From positions 39,102 through 103,101 of the forward strand of contig JAKFFM010000014.1 in the NCBI GenBank assembly GCA_036675075.1: a stretch of 64,000 bases of DNA, given 5' to 3'. The DNA comes from Bacteroidota bacterium (GTDB taxonomy: Bacteria; Bacteroidota; Bacteroidia; JAKFFM01). Under the pieces are notes generated by a model, which was not told where the DNA came from, ran no database searches, and was given only the letters and a program-made list of their open reading frames with translations. Shown here piece after piece: positions 29,268 through 38,743 of this stretch (position 1 is its first letter; every line of letters begins with the position of its first letter). The translations under genes were made by a program, and so were the position numbers.

Positions 29268-29815
29268 GACTCCCCTATCTTCCTGTCTTTAACGAATACC
29301 GCAGGATTCCCACGGTAGATCTTGTAAGGTTCGAGAACTCCTGATGCAGTGGAACCGAGAGCAAGCACCGCATGAGAATGAACGATTGTTCCAGGACCTG
29401 TCACTGACTTTGCACCAAGCCATGCACCATTTTCTATAATGATCGGCCTGACCATCAGATCAAATTCACTTTTTGAATAATCATGATTTCCTGTCAGCAA
29501 CAATGCACCCTGGGAGATACAAACGTGATCCCCAATGGTAACATCTGCAAGGTTATCGATCCACACATGCTCACCTATCCAGCAGTGATCGCCTACTTTT
29601 AGACGCCATGGAAACTTGACGGAAACATAAGGCTTGATGATCACACCCTTTCCGATCTGTGCTCCAAACATTCTCAAAAGGAAAGCCTTATAGCCTGAGC
29701 CAGGAATTGCTGAGTTTAAAAAGACAGCATTTACAAAGTGCCAAAGCACCCTCACCAGGATCGATCTACCTGGCTTATACCAATCATTATTGAACTTGTC
29801 CAGTCTTGTGATCAC
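29264..29815 (-). CDS. Left-handed beta-helix (hexapeptide) acetyltransferase, WcaF-like
   Basis: Hexapeptide repeats. N-terminal WHFVNAVFLNSAIPGSGYKAFLLRMFGAQIGKGV is typical of the colanic-acid WcaF acetyltransferase family. Confidence 0.8.
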   Translation of the reverse strand: MITRLDKFNNDWYKPGRSILVRVLWHFVNAVFLNSAIPGSGYKAFLLRMFGAQIGKGVIIKPYVSVKFPWRLKVGDHCWIGEHVWIDNLADVTIGDHVCISQGALLLTGNHDYSKSEFDLMVRPIIIENGAWLGAKSVTGPGTIVHSHAVLALGSTASGVLEPYKIYRGNPAVFVKDRKIGES

Positions 29816-29816
29816 G

Positions 29817-30941
29817 CTAACTGTAAAGGAATTTGTATGAATTTAACTCATTTTTTTCTTCCATATAGCGTTGGGCGAACGTGAAGGCACTCTTTGACAT
29901 TACATCATACGAAAGTCCGTCAAGCATCAGCATCTCCTCTATTATATACTTAAAATAATCTTCGCGACTCAATGAAATATCATATCCGATGTTCATTTCA
30001 GACAATGACCTCCATGGTGTTCTATCGCTGATGATCACAGGTGTTCCAGCGGCGAATGACTCGATGATAATATGTCCGAAATTTTCTCCAAGCGTAGTCA
30101 TGAAAAGGAAATGCGATGAAGACAAAACCTCCGGAATATCAGCAGGCTTAATGACCCCTTTGTAGATGATCTCGTGCTGCGGCATTTTATCTATCAACTC
30201 CTTGCATCGATCCCAGTATGCTTTATCATGGATTGTCCCATAGATACTGAAAACAACGGTCGATTCGATTTCACTTAACACTTCAAGTGCGTAAAGCAGA
30301 TTTTTCTCAGGGCTTATTCTTGCAACACTGACAAGCTTTAGCTTACCCTTTTCCTTACAGATATGTGCTATTGGCCGGTCATTCAGGTCAACAAGGTTAG
30401 CGGCAACATGTATCACCGCATTTCTGAAAATTTTTCGGATATCCTCTGCTTCATCTTTGTTTGTAGCATGCCATTCTACCTTCTGTGATCCGAACAGGTT
30501 GAACAATGATAGAAAGATCCTTTTTTTGGTTGCCTTAAGCGACAATGCCCCTGGAGCGAGCATACCTCTGGGAGCAATAACAATACGAGCATCATTCATC
30601 CAAAGCCTCGCGATTAAAAAAGGAAGAACAGTGAAGTATAAAGAGAACATGCTGTTGAGGTAAAGAACATCTGGCTTCCGTTCAAGAAGAAGCTTTTTCA
30701 ATGTGCCAAATGACAGCTTCGCAGCTGAAATGTAATGCAGATCTACGTTATCCTTCCTGATCCAGGTATCGGCAGCAATGCCTTCGTAGCCAGTAGTTTC
30801 ATGATAGTCGGTATTTCGTGTGATGACTGACACCCCGGCTTTTGAAGCAAGCTTCCTCACAAGGTTCACACAGGATCTTATGGGACCGCCTGCTTTAAAA
30901 CCTGGCTCATACCAATCTGCCATCACAAGCACTTTCATCAT
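29817..30941 (-). CDS. Glycosyltransferase family 4 (GT-B, Glycos_transf_1)
   Basis: C-terminal EX7E-type region TTLGENFGHIIIESFAAGTPVIISD. Confidence 0.8.
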   Translation of the reverse strand: MMKVLVMADWYEPGFKAGGPIRSCVNLVRKLASKAGVSVITRNTDYHETTGYEGIAADTWIRKDNVDLHYISAAKLSFGTLKKLLLERKPDVLYLNSMFSLYFTVLPFLIARLWMNDARIVIAPRGMLAPGALSLKATKKRIFLSLFNLFGSQKVEWHATNKDEAEDIRKIFRNAVIHVAANLVDLNDRPIAHICKEKGKLKLVSVARISPEKNLLYALEVLSEIESTVVFSIYGTIHDKAYWDRCKELIDKMPQHEIIYKGVIKPADIPEVLSSSHFLFMTTLGENFGHIIIESFAAGTPVIISDRTPWRSLSEMNIGYDISLSREDYFKYIIEEMLMLDGLSYDVMSKSAFTFAQRYMEEKNELNSYKFLYS

Positions 30942-32788
30942 TCTTCAATTGAATTTCGTTCAAGCCAGTCGCTTAAGACAACTAGATGCCAGATTCTTGT
31001 CCAGGGAATTTCCGGATCACCTCCGCGGAACTGCTCCCAAAGCCTGATCAGCTGCTCACTATAGACAAACCCATATTTTGACAGGTTCATGATCCTCGAT
31101 GCACAGAGCTCTGATAGTTCATCTTTCATCCATGATCTCCAGGGAAGAACAAAGCCCATTTTTTTCCTGTTCCATGTCTCTTCAGGGAGTAATGAACCCA
31201 TTGCATCAATCAGCAGCTTCTTTCCGGGAATGAGTGGCTTGTGTCGATCAGGCACACTCAATACAAACTCAACAAGTTCATGATCCAGAAAGGGTACACG
31301 GACTTCCAGGGCATGCGCCATGCTCATCTGGTCTGTATCTCTCAATAATACATTCTGCATGTAGTTATTGATCTCAAACTCGGAAATATAGGAAACCAGG
31401 TATCCGGGATCAAGCTTAAAGATCCTTTGCGAATGCTTTGAAGCGTGCGTCTCTTTTAACAATGACAAAGCAGCTTTCTCGGGAATAACCTGTCTGTTCA
31501 CTTTTAGAAATGCATTCAGGTCAGACCGTTCATCACGAAGAAACTGACTCATCTTTTCAGCAGTGACACCTGACCTTGTCATGGTGAGCAGTGATGCAAG
31601 CTGACCGCGCAGGATTGCAGGAACTTTTGAAATATAAGGAAGTAAAGGATGCGATGATCTTCTGAATACCGGATACCCTCCAAACAGCTCATCACCACCG
31701 AGTCCTGACAGAGCCATTGTGATACCACCTTTCTTCGTTGCTTTTGAAACAACAAAGCTGTTGGGACCGTCGCCACTTGGATGATCCATTGCTGAAAGTG
31801 CTGATGGCAGCTCATCCAGGAAGTCTGACGCTTTTAAATTTATCTGATGATGATCCGTTTTGAATTTAGAAGCGACAATGTTTGAATAAGCAGCTTCATT
31901 CATTTCCTTCTCATCAAAGGCGATCGAAAAGGTTTTCACCGGTGCTTCAGACACTTCGCTCATCAATGCGACAATGGCACTTGAGTCCACACCTCCCGAC
32001 AGGAAAGCTCCGAACGGTACATCAGCAATCATTCTCTTTTCCACCGCTTCGGATAGAAGTCTTTTAACTTCAGCGCACGTTTCTGTGTAACTTAACTTTT
32101 CAACCTCTTTTCTCCTTGTGGAAGTGCTCCAGTACACTGCCCGGGTTACATTTCCTTCTGAATCCATCACCATGCTTTCACCAGGCATAAGCATGTGAAC
32201 ATCTTTGATGATGGTTTCAGGAGCGAAAACAGTCTGGTAGATAAAGTAGTCCTTCAGCGCATTTTTGTTAAGCTTCCGTGCAACAAGGCCAGAATTAAGC
32301 AATGCCCGGATCTCTGATGCAAAAGCAACAAAGCCATTTCCCTTACAGTAATACAATGGCTTAATACCAAGGCGGTCACGCGAAACAACCAGCTCGCGTT
32401 TATCTTCATCCCAGATCGCAAACGCGAACATTCCATGAAGCTCATGAACACAGTCCTTACCCCACTTCCGGAAAGCAGCCAGGATGACCTCAGAATCCGT
32501 GTTTGAAGTATAAGGATAATCAGACAGTCTTGCTTTTAACTCACGATAATTATAGATCTCTCCATTGAACACCATGCATTGCTTCCTATCAAATGAAAAC
32601 ATAGGCTGGTGGCCTGAGGAAGTGATGTCAATGATCGAGAGTCTTCGCTGACCAAGAGAAATACCATCAGACACAAAGAGTCCTTCATCATCAGGACCAC
32701 GATGAGCAAGACAGGAATTCATTCCGGTCACTGCGCTTCGAAGCTCCGCAATGTCCTTCAACCCAATGACGCCACTAATTCCGCACAT
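30938..32788 (-). CDS. asnB: Asparagine synthetase B-type glutamine amidotransferase (WbpS-like amidotransferase of glycan loci)
   Basis: MCGISGVIG N-terminal nucleophile Cys2. PP-loop SGGVDSS in the synthetase domain. 616 aa. Confidence 0.9.
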   Translation of the reverse strand: MCGISGVIGLKDIAELRSAVTGMNSCLAHRGPDDEGLFVSDGISLGQRRLSIIDITSSGHQPMFSFDRKQCMVFNGEIYNYRELKARLSDYPYTSNTDSEVILAAFRKWGKDCVHELHGMFAFAIWDEDKRELVVSRDRLGIKPLYYCKGNGFVAFASEIRALLNSGLVARKLNKNALKDYFIYQTVFAPETIIKDVHMLMPGESMVMDSEGNVTRAVYWSTSTRRKEVEKLSYTETCAEVKRLLSEAVEKRMIADVPFGAFLSGGVDSSAIVALMSEVSEAPVKTFSIAFDEKEMNEAAYSNIVASKFKTDHHQINLKASDFLDELPSALSAMDHPSGDGPNSFVVSKATKKGGITMALSGLGGDELFGGYPVFRRSSHPLLPYISKVPAILRGQLASLLTMTRSGVTAEKMSQFLRDERSDLNAFLKVNRQVIPEKAALSLLKETHASKHSQRIFKLDPGYLVSYISEFEINNYMQNVLLRDTDQMSMAHALEVRVPFLDHELVEFVLSVPDRHKPLIPGKKLLIDAMGSLLPEETWNRKKMGFVLPWRSWMKDELSELCASRIMNLSKYGFVYSEQLIRLWEQFRGGDPEIPWTRIWHLVVLSDWLERNSIEE

Positions 32789-33839
32789 GATGAAAAGATT
32801 GTGTCAACTGTTTCACTTTGAATGCCCATGATTCCGGAGTAACCGATTGTGCCAGCTCATGGCTTCTATCACCCATCCTGAGAAGCTTATCATCCTCAAG
32901 ATTCATGGCATTGAGTAACGTTTGTTTTAAATGTTCCCTGTCACCCGCTTTGAATATAAATCCATTTTGTCCTTCCTTCACAAAGGCTGAAGCAGCTCCC
33001 ACTGCAGAGCTGCAGATCAATGGAAAACCGGCAGCAGCATATTCATGCACGACGACTCCCCAGGGCTCTGATGTACTTGGAAGAATGAATATTCCCGTAT
33101 CACGAAGGATATCCGCTTGCTGCTCAGGCTGAACAAACCCGAGATGTCGGATGGATTCATGCCTGATCTTTTCTTCAGGACCTGTACCAAGGCACCACAA
33201 CTCCCAATCTGATTGATGCTCAGTCTTCAACTCATAAAATACTTCACACAATTCCTTGACCCATTTATAGGGTACATACCTGCCTGAATAAACCAGGCGA
33301 TGCGGATAGCGCCTTGCTTTTAATTCTTTGTTATGATGGTAGATCGCTGAAAAATGATCTACATCCGCCGAATAAAATCCCTGGATGATCTGCGATGAAT
33401 GAAAGCCCATCTTCAACGCGTAATCTACCTGAGGCTCACCGGGAACCCAGCAATGATTGAAGATCCTTTTCAACGTGAATGGCGAAATCAGCGAAGCGAT
33501 GTGTTGCTTCAGACTGCCTTTCCAGTGATTATCAAAGCCCACCACGACAGGAATTCTTTTTGTGTATTTACCAGCTACCTTAAGATAATCCCGATCGATC
33601 CAGCCACTGCAATAAATGAAATCAGGATGGATCTTTTCAATCAGCTTCTCAAGTGATGATGCATCATAGTCGAAACGATCATAAACGGAAAGGCGTTGAT
33701 CGAAAGAAAACGTGAATGGTGCTTCATTGTTAACGGGCCATCTCACGACATGAACCTTGTATTCAGTATCTTCAGCAAGCTTGTTAACACAAGCCAGAAA
33801 GTATCCTGCAAGTTCGGTATAGAGGAAAAGGATGTTCAT
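32775..33839 (-). CDS. Glycosyltransferase family 4
   Basis: STSEPWGVVVHEYAAAGFPLICSSAVGA (E-X7-E motif region). Confidence 0.75.
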   Translation of the reverse strand: MNILFLYTELAGYFLACVNKLAEDTEYKVHVVRWPVNNEAPFTFSFDQRLSVYDRFDYDASSLEKLIEKIHPDFIYCSGWIDRDYLKVAGKYTKRIPVVVGFDNHWKGSLKQHIASLISPFTLKRIFNHCWVPGEPQVDYALKMGFHSSQIIQGFYSADVDHFSAIYHHNKELKARRYPHRLVYSGRYVPYKWVKELCEVFYELKTEHQSDWELWCLGTGPEEKIRHESIRHLGFVQPEQQADILRDTGIFILPSTSEPWGVVVHEYAAAGFPLICSSAVGAASAFVKEGQNGFIFKAGDREHLKQTLLNAMNLEDDKLLRMGDRSHELAQSVTPESWAFKVKQLTQSFHHVRN

Positions 33840-34909
33840 CTCTTGCCTCTTTTTAGTTTAAGAACAATAAAAAACAGTACCAATAAAGTGATGCAGGCAA
33901 TTCCAAATCCGAACCAGAAATAGTTGTGCGTGATCATCAATAACGTCAGGTATGGAAGTAACCTGAAGTTAAATTCTGGCTCTTCATGTATCGTGCTTTT
34001 CCAGAAGTTTATATCATAAGATTCTAGTGACTTTAAATCCTGGCCAGTAAGGGAAATGCACTCAAATGAAATGCGGTCATTCTTCATATTCACCTTAAGT
34101 ACAGCATCACGAGGCAGCTCCCGGATAGCAGTCTGGATATGTACGATCCCTGTACCTGGATCTTTGTCATAAAAGAATGAAACAGGAGCAGATGACATTG
34201 AACCTGACATCCAGTAAACTTCCGCCAGTTTAGAAACTTCTTTAAGTAATGGTAGAACAACACGTTCATAATTGTTGTTTCCAACCATTGTACGCGTGTT
34301 ACCAGCAAAGAGTCCATCATAGCGCTTATTCTGTTCTGCCCAGACAGGACGATGAGAAAAGACAAAAACATGTTTAACTCCGGATGTACTCACTTGCTCC
34401 AGGGCTTCACGCAGCATCCCAAGCTGCTCATCTTCGATGCTGCCATCATCAGATTCTGTATCAAGAAAAACAAAGAGAGAATTTTTAAAGATGAAGTGGC
34501 TGTATGTCTTTCCATACCATTTCACATACGCCCCTCTTCCCAGGTCATGATTTCCAACAACATTAAAGAGAGGAAAGCTGATCTTTTCAAAAAAGCTTTT
34601 GTCATAATTCTCTTTCACCTGCGGATTCAGCTCAGGAAACAGATCACCGAGGGAAACCATAAAAGATGGTTTAAAAGAATTCAGCGAGTCAATATTGCCC
34701 AGGATCGTTGAGGCCGGAAAACCGGATACGTTCGAAGATGCGCCATGGATATGTCCGGTCACTAAAAAAGTAAATCCGGCAGAATCGTATTCATTGACCG
34801 CTTTACCATTAAAGGGAGAAACCTGCGTATAGCCTGTCAGTGTAAACAGGACAAAATACATGCTGATCAATATGAACTGAAGCTTTACTCCTGCCTTACC
34901 TGACATCAA
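33836..34909 (-). CDS. Calcineurin-like metallophosphoesterase, exported (signal peptide) with a C-terminal TM anchor
   Basis: MPE motifs TGHIHG, SLGDLF and VVGNHD. C-terminal hydrophobic helix followed by KLKRGKR. Confidence 0.7.
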   Translation of the reverse strand: MMSGKAGVKLQFILISMYFVLFTLTGYTQVSPFNGKAVNEYDSAGFTFLVTGHIHGASSNVSGFPASTILGNIDSLNSFKPSFMVSLGDLFPELNPQVKENYDKSFFEKISFPLFNVVGNHDLGRGAYVKWYGKTYSHFIFKNSLFVFLDTESDDGSIEDEQLGMLREALEQVSTSGVKHVFVFSHRPVWAEQNKRYDGLFAGNTRTMVGNNNYERVVLPLLKEVSKLAEVYWMSGSMSSAPVSFFYDKDPGTGIVHIQTAIRELPRDAVLKVNMKNDRISFECISLTGQDLKSLESYDINFWKSTIHEEPEFNFRLLPYLTLLMITHNYFWFGFGIACITLLVLFFIVLKLKRGKR

Positions 34910-37436
34910 CCTGCTTTTTTACTTTCTGTTCAAAATCTTTAATGATCTTCCCATTGATCATCGCCTCTGCTCCTTCTTCAATGATGTATGGATTTTCAAT
35001 GTCTTCCGAATGAAAGCCGGTAACAGTAATTTTTGGAAGGCCGTACCCTTTATTGTTTTCAAAAGCAGTGATACCGACTCTTGCATTCTTTACAGTGAGG
35101 CCATTAATGGTACCAAAGCTCGAATTCTCAAATGCAACAGCAACCTCCGTGTTAGTAATTGTGCAATTTGTCACATAGAGCTGTGATCGCTGTTTCACAT
35201 TGATCGCCTTGCCTTTATTCTGATCAATGGTAAGATCAAATAATGATGCTGTACTTGCCACAAGATCAACCGCATTTTCATTGCATTTCTCAAAGCTGCA
35301 ACGAACGATTGTTGCATAGGAATTATTCAGATCAAAGGCATCATTAGGAAGTCCATTGAACAGGCTTTTTGAAACATTGAGCCTGCTGTCATAGGCTGTA
35401 ACAGCATCTTCGAACTTCGTACCGTCAAAAATACAGCTTACCACAGCCATAGAAGTTCCGTGCAAGTACAGAACACCAGCTTTCCCTGTGACATCTTTTT
35501 GGGAAGTTGTCTTAAACCTGATGTTCATAAAAACAGAAAGTTCTTTTTGATTTACGACAGATATCACTGAACCTGATTCCGTGTTGCAAACAATATCAGA
35601 TGTTGTTTCATGGCCACCGATGAAATAAAGTGGTGAATAGGATAACAATGAACCATTCTTTTCAAAGACCAGCTTTACTCCTTCATTCAACACAAGCTTT
35701 CTTCCTTTTGGAATTATTATTTTTTCATTGATGGTGTGAGTGCCAGGAATAAAATATAAACGATCATTCTCCTCCCTGATCATAGTAAACTTCTCATAGT
35801 TCCCTTTGGACATGGTCTCCAGACCTGCTTCAATCTCATCGGCATCCGCTTTCATGTATGAAAGTATCTCAGTCTCCTTAATTTCCTTCGAGCCTGGAAT
35901 GCGGTACAGAACATACATTGGTGTGTTGCCTTTCAATCTGGCCGAAGGAAGACTGAACGTATAATATTTAACTGCTTCATTCAGCTGCTTTGAAGGAAGA
36001 ATGATTGTAGAGTCCAGATATACTGATGAATCTCTTTTGACACCAATCAGCTCGTACGGCAGAGCTTCGAGGTTACCTACCCGGAATGTTGAAACTCCCG
36101 CGGTATCTCCCTGGTAATAGGCATTGACACCCTGAGGAGCATTAAGGATCTTACGGATCATAAACTGATTCCTGTAATACATCGTCTTCTCAAACTTCTT
36201 GTAGGGAAATGCCTTATTGAGTATAGCAAGGTTCTTTTTCAGTTCGTTCTGATGCGTCGCGAAAAAAGCATCAAGATATTCTGTCTGACTGATCCTTGTT
36301 AATGCCCTGATATATTCAGCATAGAAAGCAGGATCGCTGAATATGGTTACATGCAGGTCTTCCACCGCCTTTCCAGGTTCCAGTTTACGGAATCTGTATA
36401 AGCCGGAGATTGTGTTTGTTGGAAATACAGCAAAGCTTTCGTAAGCAACAGGTTCAAATTTCAGCGTGACAGGATTGAAGTAATATTTCACATCACTCCA
36501 GTCGAGGCTATGATATCCACCCAACAAGTCAATGATGCTGTGAAAGCGGGCAAGCTTAGGGATGTCGAACACCTGAGGCACAGTAAACCTGCCTTCTCTG
36601 AACCCATCCATCAGCGCAATGGCTTTAAGGAAATTATTCTTGTTTTCCGGATCAGAAATGAATTTGTTCTCCCGGTATGCTTCCAGCCTTGCAGACTGAA
36701 AAGAAGAGAACTCCTCCACAGGCTTTTCACGAAGCATCTCGTTATACCTGTTCACCCAATAGAGATCAGGATTAAATCTGACAAGAGGTCCTGCGAGACG
36801 CCCGTTATTTTCAAGGAGCTCTTTATCAAAGTTCTCCTCGATCGCATAGATCCCATTACTCTTCCCGTTTATATATACTTCAATGAAGCTGTAACGAAGT
36901 GCAATGATCCCTTCCTGTTTCATCAGGGCATGATAGATCCATTCATGAATATATCCTCTCGTTCCAGGATGCTGGATGGAAAAGAGCTTCATGCCTTTTA
37001 CGCTGCCCTTATCTTCAACCTTAACCCTGAATGACCATTGATCTCCCGAAATATGATCGGTCATGTGGCCTTTCAACCGGATCTTGCATTTTATCTCTTC
37101 TCCCTGGTACGTGATCGTTGCGGGAACGAAGCTACCTGGCTCATTAATGATAACGCCTCTTTTCAAAGCGATCTTTCTGTCTCTTGAGATCTTCTGGAAA
37201 TCCGGCGCTTTGATGTCCAGGTAAAGTTTTTCCGGATGGGCATTAAACGATGAGATGTAATTCGAGGATACCGTCTGGATAAAATCACCTGTACCTTCAA
37301 ATCCTTTCCTGGCAACGAACCTGCCTGTATAGATCCATCCTGCAATTAACAGCACGAGAAGTACGAGCAATGTAATAAGCATCCAGTTACGGCGCTTCCT
37401 GTTCTTTTTTGGCTGCTCTTTCTGATAGACTTTCAT
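34896..37436 (-). CDS. CotH-family atypical kinase with N-terminal signal-anchor and C-terminal right-handed beta-helix (pectin-lyase-like) region
   Basis: N-terminal TM (NWMLITLLVLLVLLIAGWIY). CotH core IRLKGHMTD...FRVK...SIQHPGTRGYIHEWIYHALM...YINGKSNGIYAIEE. The C-terminal ~350 aa are rich in N/T/G repeats, typical of parallel beta-helix. Confidence 0.7.
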   Translation of the reverse strand: MKVYQKEQPKKNRKRRNWMLITLLVLLVLLIAGWIYTGRFVARKGFEGTGDFIQTVSSNYISSFNAHPEKLYLDIKAPDFQKISRDRKIALKRGVIINEPGSFVPATITYQGEEIKCKIRLKGHMTDHISGDQWSFRVKVEDKGSVKGMKLFSIQHPGTRGYIHEWIYHALMKQEGIIALRYSFIEVYINGKSNGIYAIEENFDKELLENNGRLAGPLVRFNPDLYWVNRYNEMLREKPVEEFSSFQSARLEAYRENKFISDPENKNNFLKAIALMDGFREGRFTVPQVFDIPKLARFHSIIDLLGGYHSLDWSDVKYYFNPVTLKFEPVAYESFAVFPTNTISGLYRFRKLEPGKAVEDLHVTIFSDPAFYAEYIRALTRISQTEYLDAFFATHQNELKKNLAILNKAFPYKKFEKTMYYRNQFMIRKILNAPQGVNAYYQGDTAGVSTFRVGNLEALPYELIGVKRDSSVYLDSTIILPSKQLNEAVKYYTFSLPSARLKGNTPMYVLYRIPGSKEIKETEILSYMKADADEIEAGLETMSKGNYEKFTMIREENDRLYFIPGTHTINEKIIIPKGRKLVLNEGVKLVFEKNGSLLSYSPLYFIGGHETTSDIVCNTESGSVISVVNQKELSVFMNIRFKTTSQKDVTGKAGVLYLHGTSMAVVSCIFDGTKFEDAVTAYDSRLNVSKSLFNGLPNDAFDLNNSYATIVRCSFEKCNENAVDLVASTASLFDLTIDQNKGKAINVKQRSQLYVTNCTITNTEVAVAFENSSFGTINGLTVKNARVGITAFENNKGYGLPKITVTGFHSEDIENPYIIEEGAEAMINGKIIKDFEQKVKKQVDVR

Positions 37437-38741
37437 TTACCGGGCGACTTGCACTGCTTCCTGGTCTTTGTGAAACTCAGGGTTTGTGATAACAGTTAAG
37501 ATAATAAGAAAGATGATTGTAAGCGGGTTCAATGACCCTACCATCCATGATTCAAAAAAAGCACTGAAGGTCACAGCAAACATAATTGGAAACGACAACG
37601 GTGTCAGTTTAGCTGCCCTTATAAATGTCAGGAGATAAGACCTCATAAAGATGATCAGTCCAATCAGTCCTGTATCCATCCAGAATGTAAGGAATGAATT
37701 ATGCACTCCGCCCTGATGTCCCAGCTTTGTAAGGAGCATATAATGTTTCCTCATGTAATATTCATTATAACCAAAGCCTCTTCCTACAAAAAAGTTTGTC
37801 TGGATATGATCCCATGCAAATTTCCAGGCGACAATCCTTCCGCTTCCTTCAGATAAAGTTTCAAGTCTGAAGAACTTCTGGAGTCCCAAAGCAATGATGA
37901 TCACCTCGAAATTCTCACCCACCAACTCCGTGATGATGACAATCACGAAAAAGATGAGGAATCCCAACATCGGCGACATGAAATAAAATCTCTTTAACAA
38001 CAGGAACAAAAGAACTGCAATCATTGAGTTACGGGAGCCACAAAGAATCAGGGAGGCAATAAGGACGATATTAAAAAGCTGCCATGCCCGCTTGGAGAAG
38101 ATCGCTCCTCTCAGATGCGCAAGTGTGTGGGCAAGCGTAAATATCAAAAAGGTAAACAGTCCCAATCCGTTCGGGTTACCTAAAGGACCATTGTATCTTC
38201 CCTTTACATAAACCATTTCACGATCGACAAACATCAATACAAATCCAACGCAGAGGAATGTGAAAACAAGCATGAGAAAATCCACAAGGAACCTGTCTTT
38301 TTCCTCCCTGTAAACCCGCTGAATGTAGTTGGGGACTGATATGAACAGGAGTATGTATGATAATGTTTTCTGAATGCTTATCGGCAAGGTCACAGAAAAT
38401 GAAAGACAAAAAACCGCGAACAAAAAGAACGGCAGGAATGTTTTAAAGATCGTATTATAAGGAACGAACTTCTTACTGTCTAAAAAGAAGAACAGCGAGA
38501 ACATGACGATGTACATGTTCTTGAGAGACTTAGCAAAGAGCAGCTCAGGATCCAGCCTGTCGGAAAGGATCAGAATAAACAGGAATCCAAAGAGGATCTC
38601 CTTGTTGTACTCTTTCCTTTTTAGAAGCAGAAGGCTTGCACCGACAACAACAAATGCCAGAACATTCGAGATAATCCCGGCCAGAAGCCAGACGATCAGC
38701 ATAAAATAAAACTGCATGTTTCTTTTATAGTGATCTTTCAT
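37437..38741 (-). CDS. O-antigen ligase/polymerase family (Wzy_C) integral membrane protein
   Basis: ~11 TMs with a large periplasmic loop near the C-terminal third (…NSFLTFWMDTGLIGL…), typical of WaaL/Wzy_C proteins. Confidence 0.65.
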   Translation of the reverse strand: MKDHYKRNMQFYFMLIVWLLAGIISNVLAFVVVGASLLLLKRKEYNKEILFGFLFILILSDRLDPELLFAKSLKNMYIVMFSLFFFLDSKKFVPYNTIFKTFLPFFLFAVFCLSFSVTLPISIQKTLSYILLFISVPNYIQRVYREEKDRFLVDFLMLVFTFLCVGFVLMFVDREMVYVKGRYNGPLGNPNGLGLFTFLIFTLAHTLAHLRGAIFSKRAWQLFNIVLIASLILCGSRNSMIAVLLFLLLKRFYFMSPMLGFLIFFVIVIITELVGENFEVIIIALGLQKFFRLETLSEGSGRIVAWKFAWDHIQTNFFVGRGFGYNEYYMRKHYMLLTKLGHQGGVHNSFLTFWMDTGLIGLIIFMRSYLLTFIRAAKLTPLSFPIMFAVTFSAFFESWMVGSLNPLTIIFLIILTVITNPEFHKDQEAVQVAR

Positions 38742-38743
38742 AT

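Noticed and set aside
37437-38741. Interpreting the Wzy_C protein as proof of a Wzx/Wzy-dependent pathway
   Set aside because: No Wzx flippase or Wzz is present in the window, and a Wzt-type ABC ATPase with a C-terminal extension is. The Wzy_C protein is equally compatible with a WaaL-type ligase, so the pathway type is left open.
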